Assembly: GCA_000934665.2 (NCBI GenBank) | Contig: KZ539088.1 | Span: 1 to 34,876 of the forward strand | Direction: 5' to 3' | Length of the DNA stretch: 34,876 bases | Source: Catajapyx aquilonaris | Lineage: Eukaryota | Shown: positions 1-10,070 of the stretch, piece after piece | Numbering within the stretch: the first letter of the stretch is position 1 | Layout of the letters: each line of letters begins with the position of its first letter | Program-made: the position numbers and the translations under genes | Notes under the pieces: model-generated | Told to the model about the DNA's origin: nothing | Databases searched by the model: none | Seen by the model: only the letters and a program-made list of their open reading frames with translations

Positions 1-357
1 AGCAAAAAGTAAAAAGCAAAGAGTTCCTGACAAAAAAAAATTGGGATGAGCTCCCCCCCTAAGAGAGCCAATGGCTCTATCACGGGGTATATTATTAAAT
101 TTATTATTATTATTATTATATTCACGATCCCGGATTGTCATCTTTTTCTTAAAAAAAAAAACTTGGTGATAGTAATTTCCACCGAATTTTTGGACTGTTT
201 ACTTTAGAACTGGACCACCCTGTATGCCATCGGCTCTTTTAATAATGAAGTCCCAAAGTTGGACTGTTATAGTCCAAAAAAAAAGTAATTAGCTATTCAC
301 TAGTCGAGTTGCCATCAAGTTGAAATGAGCTACGGTCCTTTTTTTTTTGTGGAAGTA

Positions 358-554
358 ACTAAAGGCGAATTTTTTAAACCAACGCAACCGAGTGCGCACC
401 CACCATCGCGCAAGTCCATTTGTTCCGACAACAACGTTGCCACAGTTACTCCAAGTCATTCAAAAAAAAGCCTTGGCAACATCGCAAGCTCAGTGTCGGG
501 AACTGCGTGAACTGTGTTGCGCACTCGGTTGCGCTCATTAAATTCATCTAAGTA
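358..554. mobile_element. Small TIR element (family C)
   Basis: Perfect 16-bp inverted repeat CGCAACCGAGTGCGCA (383-398) / TGCGCACTCGGTTGCG (518-533), with a degenerate extension outward. A homologous reversed copy lies at ~2676-3016. Exact ends are uncertain. Confidence 0.65.
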
Positions 555-613
555 CTGAAATAATTAACGAGTTCCTGCTGGAGATCTAGCACCGAGTACA
601 ACCATTATTTGTA

Positions 614-725
614 CTACAAACACGCAAAAAAGATTGTCGTTTCCGGCAACGACCCTGGCGGCAGGAGAGTAAACAAAAAGTCGCGAACACCACACACAAT
701 GCGACAATCTTTTTGCGTGTTATAG
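614..725. mobile_element. TA-flanked MITE (family B), shorter copy
   Basis: CTACAAACACGCAAAAAAGATTGTCG...TAAACAAAAAGTCGCGAACACC...GCGACAATCTTTTTGCGTGTTATAG, with TA flanks at 612-613 and 726-727. Confidence 0.75.
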
Positions 726-1930
726 TAGCTACATAAACTGTTAGAAGTTCAAAAATATGTAAAGTGAATGACAATTTCGACCTGACTCTCATTGGCTAGC
801 TTTTGATCATGTGATCTGTCCACACAATTTGTGTGAGTCGCACTTTTTAATGATTGCATAACCATTTTTAAAAAAATGCTTATGCGTAAACGTATCTCGG
901 CTGGTTATGATCAATATTCCGAGCCAGATGCTGCACTGTTGCCAGGCAAAGTGCACGTGAAAACCTACCTCTCTTTTTTGTAGAGTGTACCTGACAGAAT
1001 CGATCGGAATAATACAAAAAGGCTTCCCCATTTGTACTTACAGTGTACACGACAAGGATTGGTTCTATGACCTTTTTATTTAAATCTCCCAACCGAGTTT
1101 CTATGAGCTGACTATAGTTGCATCATTCGGTTCCATGTAATTAGCTGCAGGTTGGTGGTGAGTGGAGAGGGGATATAACCAGGTCTGACCTTTACGAGGG
1201 TGGCATCGATCAAGTTTTATTCAAAAGAGAAATCTATTTACGTATAGAAACATCAAAAGGGGAGATTTTCGCTATTGTGGGAACCCATGAGAAAAGCAAG
1301 ATTACGTTCAGGGGTGGCCATATAGACTGCAATAGAAGCCATATTTGAACCCGTTTCAAACAAGGGTCGACCTGAGGGGCACAGTCCTTTGAACTAATCA
1401 ACATCAGAGGATGTTTCATCTCTTGTAAAGCAGCTTATTATTTTAATAATAATTATACCCAAGTAGTAGCTTTTAGCTACTACTCGGTCTTAATTAAATT
1501 CAGAATGTGATTCCCAATCGTTGCTCGGTTTGCCTTTGCGGTTTGTCTGTTCTGCGAAATAATTATCCGGCTGCTATTTCCCAGAGCCTGTTCAATATGC
1601 CTGGAATGGCGTCGTTTGACTGGAAAAAGCTCGTAAACTGCTGGAAACCGACATCTTAAAAGGGGTTGGAAACAAAAAAGTTTTCGCGGCTATTCACAAG
1701 CATAGCGAAATGAACGTCAGCTCTATACATAGATCCTCGAAACTTCCAGAGAAAACAATATTATGTGCTATGGAAAATGATTTTCGCCAAAAAAAAATTG
1801 TGCCAAAGTCGAGGTCATGAGCCGCTTCCATTCTGCGAAAATTGGGAAGCTGACAGAAGGGCACTCACGAAAATTACAACCAGTCTCAAGGCTCATGACT
1901 TTGCATAAATTACATTGTTTGAAAAAGGTA

Positions 1931-2100
1931 CTATAACACGCAAAAAGATTGTCGCGTGGTGTCCGCCGCGACCTGTTGTTTATCCTGGACGTTGCCAGGT
2001 GGCTTCCGGGGAATATCGCATCACTTATCAACCCCCAGGATAAACAAAAAGTCGCGGACACCGCACGGATCCAGTGCGACAATCTTTTTCCGTGTTATAG
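1931..2100. mobile_element. TA-flanked MITE (family B)
   Basis: TIRs CTATAACACGCAAAAAGATTGTCGC / GCGACAATCTTTTTCCGTGTTATAG, with TA on both sides (1929-1930, 2101-2102). Confidence 0.8.
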
Positions 2101-2106
2101 TACAGG

Positions 2107-2585
2107 CAGGGAGCATATACTACATAAAACATTCGATTTCCGCGTCTCTCTGTTTGGGGGCGTTGCCAAGGCTGGCGGCCATTTTGAAGTGTGGGTAACG
2201 CCAACAAGGTATAAATAGGGTACAGGCAAAAATAGGGTCCGCCATCTTTGATTCGCCCGTGTTCTTGCCGTGTAGTTGCCATGGCCGCCACAACCATCAA
2301 AGATGGCGGACCCTATTTTTGCCTGTACCCTATTTATACCTCGCTGGCGTTGCCCAGACTTCAAAATGGCCGCCAGTCTTGGCAACGGCCCCAAACAGAG
2401 CGACGCGGAAATCGAATGAAAATCAAAATTGGCGGACCCTATTTTAGCCTGTACCGTATATACCTCGTTGGCGTTACCCACACTTCAAAATGGCCGCTAG
2501 CCTTGGCAACGACCCCAAACAGAGAGACGCGAACATCAAAGGCGCCGACAGAAGTTTGCGCCTCTTATGTAGTATATGCTCCCAG
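2107..2585. mobile_element. MITE family A copy with duplicated right arm, 7-bp TSD
   Basis: Same sequence family as 15206-15553. Ends CAGGGAGCATATACTACATAA / TTATGTAGTATATGCTCCCAG; TSD GTACAGG at 2100-2106 and 2586-2592. Confidence 0.88.
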
Positions 2586-2675
2586 GTACAGGGTGGTCCA
2601 CCTTCAAAAGCCCGAAATATCCACACCAACGTGAGGCCTACTAACTATATAATATGAATTTTGTATAAAAATAAG

Positions 2676-3016
2676 CGCAACCGAATGTGCAGCACAGTTC
2701 GCGCAGCTTGCAGGGTTGGAATTAACAATGATATCTGGTATGCTCCCTATACGGTCGGTTAACTCTTAACTGGTAAATTATTGTTAACTAAACGCCACAG
2801 TTTGCGCAGCTTGCAATTGCAGGGTTGGAAGTAGCAACGATAGCTTCTCTGTATGTTTGTTGTACTGGTAGGCCATGTACTTATTTCCAACGCTACTCTT
2901 GGCTTAGTTTGCGACGTTACCAAGCCTTTGTGAAAATGTGGGTGTGAATTTACTAACTCTGGCAACGTCGTTTTCAGAACAATGGAGCTGCGCCGAGTGT
3001 GGGTGCGCACTCGGTT
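2676..3016. mobile_element. Family C copy in reverse orientation, with internal duplication
   Basis: CGCAACCGAATGTGCAGCACAGTTC... and ...TGGCAACGTCGTTTTCAGAACAATGGA...GTGGGTGCGCACTCGGTT align to the reverse complement of 383-533. Internal duplication 2693-2733 / 2796-2842. Confidence 0.65.
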
Positions 3017-3079
3017 TTAGTTAGTAGAAACATTATTTACAGCAGAATAATCCACGCTCCGTGAATCCACTCTGTGAAC

Positions 3080-3325
3080 AAGTTGACTCATCACCTGTAG
3101 GTAGTAGTTACCATAGCTTTACCTTTCCCCGTTCAACAATCTGGTGGACTTTGTCCGCGCTGTGATTCATCACCAACGTGCATGTAGTGCTACTTTCCCC
3201 CTGAGAGTGGTTGTGTGCAGAGGGTTGCGCCTACTGGTAGTGGCCTATCGTACTACGTCCAAGTTGGGGGGGGGGGGGNNNNNNGGGGCAATAAGTGTTG
3301 CCAAAATTTGGCAACGGGTCCTACT
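3080..3325. repeat. Diverged reverse copy of the 13700-14150 element
   Basis: GATTCATCACCAACGTGCATGTAG and GTAGTGGCCTATCGTACTA.GTCCAAG...AGTGTTGCCA match the reverse complement of 13700-13880. Confidence 0.65.
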
Positions 3326-3401
3326 ATAGTTCATCTACGTATACTATTTCAGTGCGAAGTGTGGGATAATGAAGAGTGTGCAACAATAATGGGTGACTTA
3401 C

Positions 3402-3499
3402 CCGGTCCTGGGCTGGATGGGGCTTCAGGAGCTGGCGAATCAGGGGGCGAGAGAGGGTCAGCTGTGCCCACACTGTCCCTTTCCACATCTCTCCAGCAC
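3402..3499 (-). CDS. Orphan internal exon of an unidentified minus-strand gene
   Basis: Strong acceptor ttccttctctcttgtttggtctgcag|G and donor G|gtaagt. It is a GC-rich island in AT-rich DNA, and one open frame reads CWRDVERDSVGTADPLSPPDSPAPEAPSSPGP. Confidence 0.55.
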
Positions 3500-4092
3500 C
3501 TGCAGACCAAACAAGAGAGAAGGAATCCTCATTATACGCACACAGGCTTGATTGGACAGATCCCAATCATAAACTAGCGACCTAAAATGGCACACACAAA
3601 AATCCAGAAATTATTTTATTTTTAGACCACATCAGGACATCCGCCTTTCTTTTTGAAAATGTTGAACCCCGCGTCGCCATGGGGACTTAGCCAATGGACA
3701 ATGATCCCCCCCGCTCGAAGCCAATTCACACCTAAAATTTCAAATACCGAGCCCACCGACTGGAGGGGGCAATTACTCCCTTAATTAAGAATCAGCAAAA
3801 AAAAAAAAAGTTATTTTTAGCAATATCCATAGCGAAAAGTTGTTGTCATTCGCCTGTAATTCGCTCAGGTTCAATACACTCGCTTAATTACAAGAAGTGT
3901 TGACAATAATTGGGGCATAGGGTGTCTCATAACAATTTGGTCAAACATGCAGGGTAAACACTATAGGATCACACATGTTAATATGTCACTAGAAAAACCC
4001 CTCGATTCGTTATTTTCTTTCTAGGCCTGCGGTCTACGGTGGTGGAGGCCATATGTTGTTAATCGCTTTGGCCTTCGAACAACTCGGTTATC

Positions 4093-4595
4093 TAGGGCTG
4101 TGCGATATTTCGATACATCGACTGTCCATACGATATTTTCCTAATATCGAAGTCGCGATATTCGACGCTTGGCATGTGCAATGTATCGAATATCGCGATA
4201 TTTCGATACATCGACTGTCCATACGATATTTTCCTAATATCGAAGTCGCGATATTCGACGCTTGGCATGTGCAATGTATCGAATATCGCGATATTTCGAT
4301 ACATCGACTGTCCATACGATATTTTCCTAATATCGAAGTCGCGATATTCGACGCTTGGCATGTGCAATGTATCGAATATCGCGATATTTCGATACATCGA
4401 CTGTCCGTACGATATTTTCCTAATATCGAAGTCGCGATATCCGACGCTTGGCATGTGCAATGTATCGAATATCGCGATTTTTCGATGTCGGTTTTCGATA
4501 TTTTTCGATGTCGGTTTTTTGATTTTCAATATATCGATGCGAAATTTTTTGAATATCGAAAGTCGATATCCAATTTTGGATATCGCACAGCTCTA
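4093..4595. mobile_element. hAT-type non-autonomous element containing a 93-bp tandem array
   Basis: TIRs TAGGGCTGTGCGATAT / ATATCGCACAGCTCTA; 8-bp TSD CGGTTATC / CTGTTATC (7 of 8 match). Near-identical 93-bp units start at 4102, 4195, 4288 and 4381, followed by a degenerate tail. Confidence 0.85.
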
Positions 4596-6061
4596 CTGTT
4601 ATCAGAACCCATCCCGACGTTCCAAAAACTGTTTATTGACTGTCTACAGCCTGACAGTTGTGCCAACTGGCCAACAACGCGATGGAGAGCGAAGTAGACC
4701 CTCCGTCCGACAGCAATCGGATAGCTCCTCCCTCCCGCCCACCAGAGGCGCTGTCTCCACCACCACCCCATTGCGCATGCGTAGAACTGCAGCCAATAGG
4801 AAGCGTCGCAGTAACAACACGCGGCGTACCAATCAGAGGACTCGTTCAAATAAACAAACCATGTACAGGATTTTAATCCCATAGACTTGCGTCAGTAGCA
4901 TTGTTAACCCGAGCTTATCCGCTGATGATCCGAAACACACGAAGAACAAACGTGTTAATTAAACGTGCTTATCCTAATTATTTTAAAGGAAAGGAAAAAA
5001 GAGGCGAGCCAGATGACACCGAGCCATTTGCGTAAAACAATCTGAGCGCATGCAATCTAATGAGGAAGGGTAGGTACTGTACATACACAGCCTCCCACCA
5101 CCACCCTCCAGGAGGAGGGGTTGCCATTGGTAACCAGAACCCCCAGTTTAAAAGGGGGGGGGGGGGGTGTCTGGCGAGGCACAGAAGATTGGCAGGCAAT
5201 TAATTCCAACCCGGACTATTTATCACCTTGTTGTTGGAAAAGAAGGGTTACGTCACCGCCTCACAAACAGTTTACGTATAAAGGACGGCCTCTAATTATC
5301 ATATGGGCACGCGCGACAATATCTATTACGAATTAATTACCAGGAACAGGGCTGTTTCCAGCAGATCCTCTTCCTGGAAGAACCTGATGATGAAGAAGAG
5401 AGAGCTCTGTACCTTGCTCCCCTGCTGGTGGTTGTTGTAGGGTTGGCCCCGGGGCCGGCCCTTAGCCAGCACGACCCCTTCCTCCTCCTGCCACCCTCCT
5501 GCTGCTGACCTACTGACCCCCTCGTTTTTTTTTTTTTTTTGTTGACGGCAGCACCTCAGCACCACATTATTGCCACTTGGTTGAGTATATACCCGCGCAC
5601 CGTACCGCACACACGATGCTCCACCGAGCGACTGTGGCTGGCACGAGCCGGCAAGCGTCGCTCCTCGTTTCAACCAACCCCCTGGCGTCACCGGGCGTCG
5701 TCGGGCGTCTCCATGACGACCGCCTCTCTCTCTATAGCTGCGTCCCGGCGCCCCCCCCCCCTTCTATATACACCATCTCCCTCCTCCAGCAGCACCGCAC
5801 CAAGGAGAAAATTTCGGCGGCGAACATGGCCAGAATGCGGTATCGGCCCTTGCTGGTGGCATATAGAGGTGGTTAGGTGATTGATTCGACTATTTCGCGA
5901 GAAAGATCAGCTGTGGGCGAGAAGTTTTCTCAGTAAATTAACCGTCCGTCAGAGTGTCGCATCACCCACGGTCAGCTGACGGTGACGAGCAGATCATAAA
6001 ATCGCCGGACATAATAATCTTGACTATTACAAAAATGAGGGTTTCATAAGATGCAAATTAC

Positions 6062-8130
6062 ATGTCCCGTCTCGATCGCGTCTCACATTTTAGACGCGGT
6101 CGAGACGTGGTCGCCAGCAGACTCGTCTCCCACTGTGAGGGCGGTGAGGTTCAGTCAGCACCTATATACGGCGTCTCGATCTCGACCAAACCTCACTTTT
6201 TAGACGCACTCGAGACGTGGTCGAGATGCCCAGACTCGTCGCTCAAAAACTGAGTCGCACCTATATTCTGACCGCGTCTCATTTTAGACGCGCTCGAGAC
6301 GTGGTCGAGATGCCCAGAAGACTCGTTGCTCAAAAACTGAGTCGCACCTATCTACGCTATCCTGACCGCGTCTCATTATAGACGCGCTCTAGACGTGGTC
6401 GAGATGCCCAGAAGACTCGTTGCTCAAAAACTGCGTCGCACCTATCTACGCTATCCTGACCGCGTCTCATTTTAGACGCGGTCGAGACGTGGTCGAGATG
6501 CCCAGAAGACTCGTTGCTCAAAAACTGAGTCGCACCTATCTACGCTATCCTGACCGCGTCTCATTTTAGACGCGGTCGAGATGTCCAGACTCGTCGCTCA
6601 GAAACTGAGTCGTACCTACATACGTCATCGTAACCGGTCTCATCATTTAGACGCGCTCCAGACGTGGTCGAGATGCCCAGAAGACTCGTTGCTCAAAAAC
6701 TGCGTCGCACCTATCTGCGCTATCCTGACCGCGTCTCATTATAGACGCGCTCTAGACGTGGTCGAGATGCCCAGAAGACTCGTTGCTCAAAAACTGCGTC
6801 GCACCTATCTACGCTATCCTGACCGCGTCTCATTTTAGACGCGGTCGAGACGCGGTCGAGATGCCCAGAAGACTCGTTGCTCAAAAACTGAGTCGAACCT
6901 TATATACGCTATTCTGACCGCGTCTCATTTTAGACGCGCTCGAGACGTGGTCGAGATGCCCAGACTCATTGCTCCTAAACTGCGTCGCACCTACTACGCT
7001 ATCCTGACCGTGTCTCATTTTAGACGGGCTCGAGACGTGGTCGAGATGCCCAGACTCGTCGCTCAGAAACTGAGTCGCACCTATATATACGTCATCGTAA
7101 CCGGTCTCATCATTTAGACTCGTTCGAGACGTGGCAATGCATCTCTCACCTCGTCTCCCACCGTGAGGCTCTAATAAGTATAGTATCCTGACCACGTCTC
7201 ACATTTTAGACGCGTTCGAAACGTGGTGTAACATCATGTGTGCCATACTAGCGCCCAGAGACTGAATCGCACATTTGGTCGCACCTATACGCACTTGTGA
7301 CCGCGTCTCGAACGCGCTTCACATTTCAGACGCGTTCGAGACGTGGGCGACTCGTTTCCTCACTGTGAGGCTGAACAGCACGTACGCTATCATGACCGCG
7401 TCTCACTTGTTAGACGCGTTCGAGACGCGTTTTTGACGTCACATGCTCCAGACTCGCCACCCAGAGACTGAGTCGCACCTACACCATTGTGACCGCTACT
7501 CGACCGCGTCTCAAGCGCGTCTAAATTATGAGACTAGACAGCGACTAGTTTAGCGCACTCGTGGCCTCGTCTCGAACGCGTCTGAACATGAGACGTGATC
7601 GAGATGGTCCAGACTCGTCACACAGAGACTGAGTCGCACGTAGCACCTACGCCATTTGTGACCGCGTCTCGACCGCGTCTGGCATTTTAGACGCGTTCGA
7701 GACGATGTCATGATGTCATGTGAGCTAAACTAGTCGCTCAGTGTGCCTATACGCCATCATGACCGAGGCTCATTTTAGACGCGGTCGAGACGCGGTCTCG
7801 ATGTGCGCCCAGAGACTGAGTCGCACACCATAATTATATCGTGAGTGCATCACACAATTTAGACGCGTTCGAGACGATGCCATGATGTCATGTGCGCTAA
7901 ACTAGTCGCTCAGTGTGCCTATACGCCATCATGACCGCGGCTCATTTTAGACGCGGTCGAGACGCGGTCTCGATGTGCGCCCAGAGACTGAGTCGCACAC
8001 CATATATCGTGAGTGCGTCTCACAATTTAGACGCGTTCGAGACATGGTCCCGATGTCATGTCCGCCAGACTCGTCAGTGATGTTGAGTCGTACTTGGAGG
8101 ATCGGGTGACTGCGTCTGGACCGCGTCTGG
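6062..8130. repeat. ~94-bp satellite-like tandem array, degenerating toward both ends
   Basis: Unit GACCGCGTCTCATTTTAGACGCG.TCGAGACGTGGTCGAGATGCCCAGAAGACTCGTTGCTCAAAAACTGAGTCGCACCTATCTACGCTATCCT, with starts at 6364, 6458 and 6552. A 172-bp dimer duplication occurs at 7701/7873. Confidence 0.9.
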
Positions 8131-9329
8131 CGCAGTGTAAACGCAGTAACGCACCGCCATGCCCGGGCCGTTGTCCTGCTCAACCTTTCCCCCTTGACAT
8201 CTGCCCAGTCCGGCAACACAGCATGTGGTGCTGGAGACTCCAGTAGCAGCTTGCCTGGAGAAAGGATCGATATCCGGGGAAAATTCTTCCTGTTCCGGAC
8301 CCCCCGACTACACACCTGCTTCGCCAATCAGGTCGTTGCTACTATATGGCCACACACACACACCTACAAAGCGCGTACACCCCCACCCCCTGCATCGCGT
8401 AATGTCACAATCTCTCAAGCTCCCCCCCTCAAACCTAGAGCCATCTGGACTAAACCCAGGGACTCAGGTCGTTAATCTCTTTTAATGGAGCATTTAACCT
8501 CCTTTTGTGTGGTCCATTATGTTAATTAGAGTTGGAATGACCTTTGACCCGGCAGCTTTGTTGCGGTCTGCCCATGCGGTCCAGCACCTTCCACTGGACA
8601 AAAGCTCATTATCCGGGAGGGTGTGACCGCGGGGAGGGGGACACACCCACACATTAAAATTAAATATTGCAAAATAATCAAGCCATATGCGGGCCCAGTG
8701 TTGCCACATTTTCGGAATTGCCATCAAATGAAACACCATGTACCCTGCTGCCTATATTTGGCAACCGTGGATTCTGCAGCATCCGTTTGCAAGTGATATT
8801 TTTTTACGTCATCGCCCTTCCGACCAATCCAGAGCCCGCCTGAAAGGGACAATAATGTTACGCCGGGGATTCCCCATCACCTCAAGGCAGTTACGTCAAC
8901 ACTTTCCCAAACTGACCTTTTCTGATGGACAGTCATCACACAGAATCGACTTTCACATTATTGCTCACCCTATTGTTGCTTCTCGGGTTGCTAGAGCGAA
9001 CAATATATCCCGGAAACCGCCGAGATGAGGATCGTCCTGACCTCGTATCGGGTCAAAGGCACGTCTCTGACGTCATAAGCGTTGTCGATACCGCTTTTCT
9101 ATACCTCCACCCCACCATTTTCCCCGGGTCGCTCTTTTTGCAGATCTATATAGCCCCCCTCTCCTCCCCATCATCGACGCTGCTGCAAAACCGACGCCCG
9201 GAACATACCAAACAGGGGGGGGGGGGGGGGGNGGGGGGGGGGGGCACCCACCCACCCAATTTTCGCCACTCCACATAATAAGACTTCATATCCAATCAAT
9301 ATGCGATATATCTGCCTACCCTTACCTAG

Positions 9330-10070
9330 GTCAATCACGTAACTGTGGCAACACTGCACAGTCACGTGATGCGAATCGGCCAAGGAGAAAAGCCCTAATC
9401 ACGTGATCGGAAGGATGGCTACTATGGCAGGTGGCCCTACCAGTAGACGAAGCTACCGCCGGCATAGCTCTTGGGGTCACGGGAGAAACGCATCTATGGC
9501 AGGTCACCTGATGCGAATCGGCCAATAGGATAGGTCTGGATCACGTGATGCGAATCGGCCAATGGGATGAATCCGTATCACGTGATCGGAAGGATGGCTA
9601 CTCTTGCAAGTCACGTGAGGCGAATAGGCCAATAGGATCACACGTGATCGGAATGATGGCAACACTGCAGTCACGTGATGCGATTCGGCAAATGGGATTA
9701 GTCCTAATCAGAGGTGGGCACAGCTAACTTTCGATAACAGCTAACTTGCTCAGAAAAACCATGGACATCACCAAATCGTTAATGCTTAACAGCTAGAAAG
9801 GTTAGTGGACCATTAGCAATTTAGCGCCGCGCATGGTTTACTAACCGAATTAGCTGTTAGCGGAAGTTAGCTTAGTTAAATATTTCGGTTAGCTTGCCCA
9901 GCTCTGGTCCTAATCACGTGATCATATGGCTACTGTGGCAAGGTGGCAAGTCACGTGACGCGAATAGGCCAATGGGATAAGTCCCGACCACGTGATCGGA
10001 AGGATGGCTACTGTGTGGCAATCACGTGATGCGATTCGGCCAATAGGATAGGTCCGAATCACGTGATTAG
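9330..10070. repeat. ~70-bp tandem array rich in TCACGTGA and GGCCAAT
   Basis: Alternating TCACGTGATGCGAATCGGCCAAT and TCACGTGATCGGAAGGATGGCTAC halves; 12 CACGTG counted. Confidence 0.85.
9709..9906. mobile_element. hAT-type MITE (198 bp) inserted into a tandem array
   Basis: TIRs CAGAGGTGGGCA / TGCCCAGCTCTG; perfect 8-bp TSD GTCCTAAT (9701-9708, 9907-9914). Subterminal GCTAAC/GTTAGC motifs. Confidence 0.9.

Noticed and set aside
1949..2634. Cluster of overlapping ORFs also seen at 15169-15811 and 28009-28553
   Set aside because: They are translations of the palindromic MITE family A and have no transposase motifs.
4053..4884. Repetitive ORFs of 214 and 236 aa
   Set aside because: They are translations of the 93-bp (3n) tandem array inside a hAT MITE and are open in several frames on both strands.
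6062..8130. CRISPR-like array (repeats with hairpins)
   Set aside because: The intervening sequences are themselves repeated rather than unique spacers, the context is eukaryotic, and there are no cas genes.
8696..8769. CAGTGTTGCCA...TGGCAACCGTG mini hAT-like element
   Set aside because: The TIR is imperfect and there is no TSD; the motif recurs elsewhere as a generic short motif.
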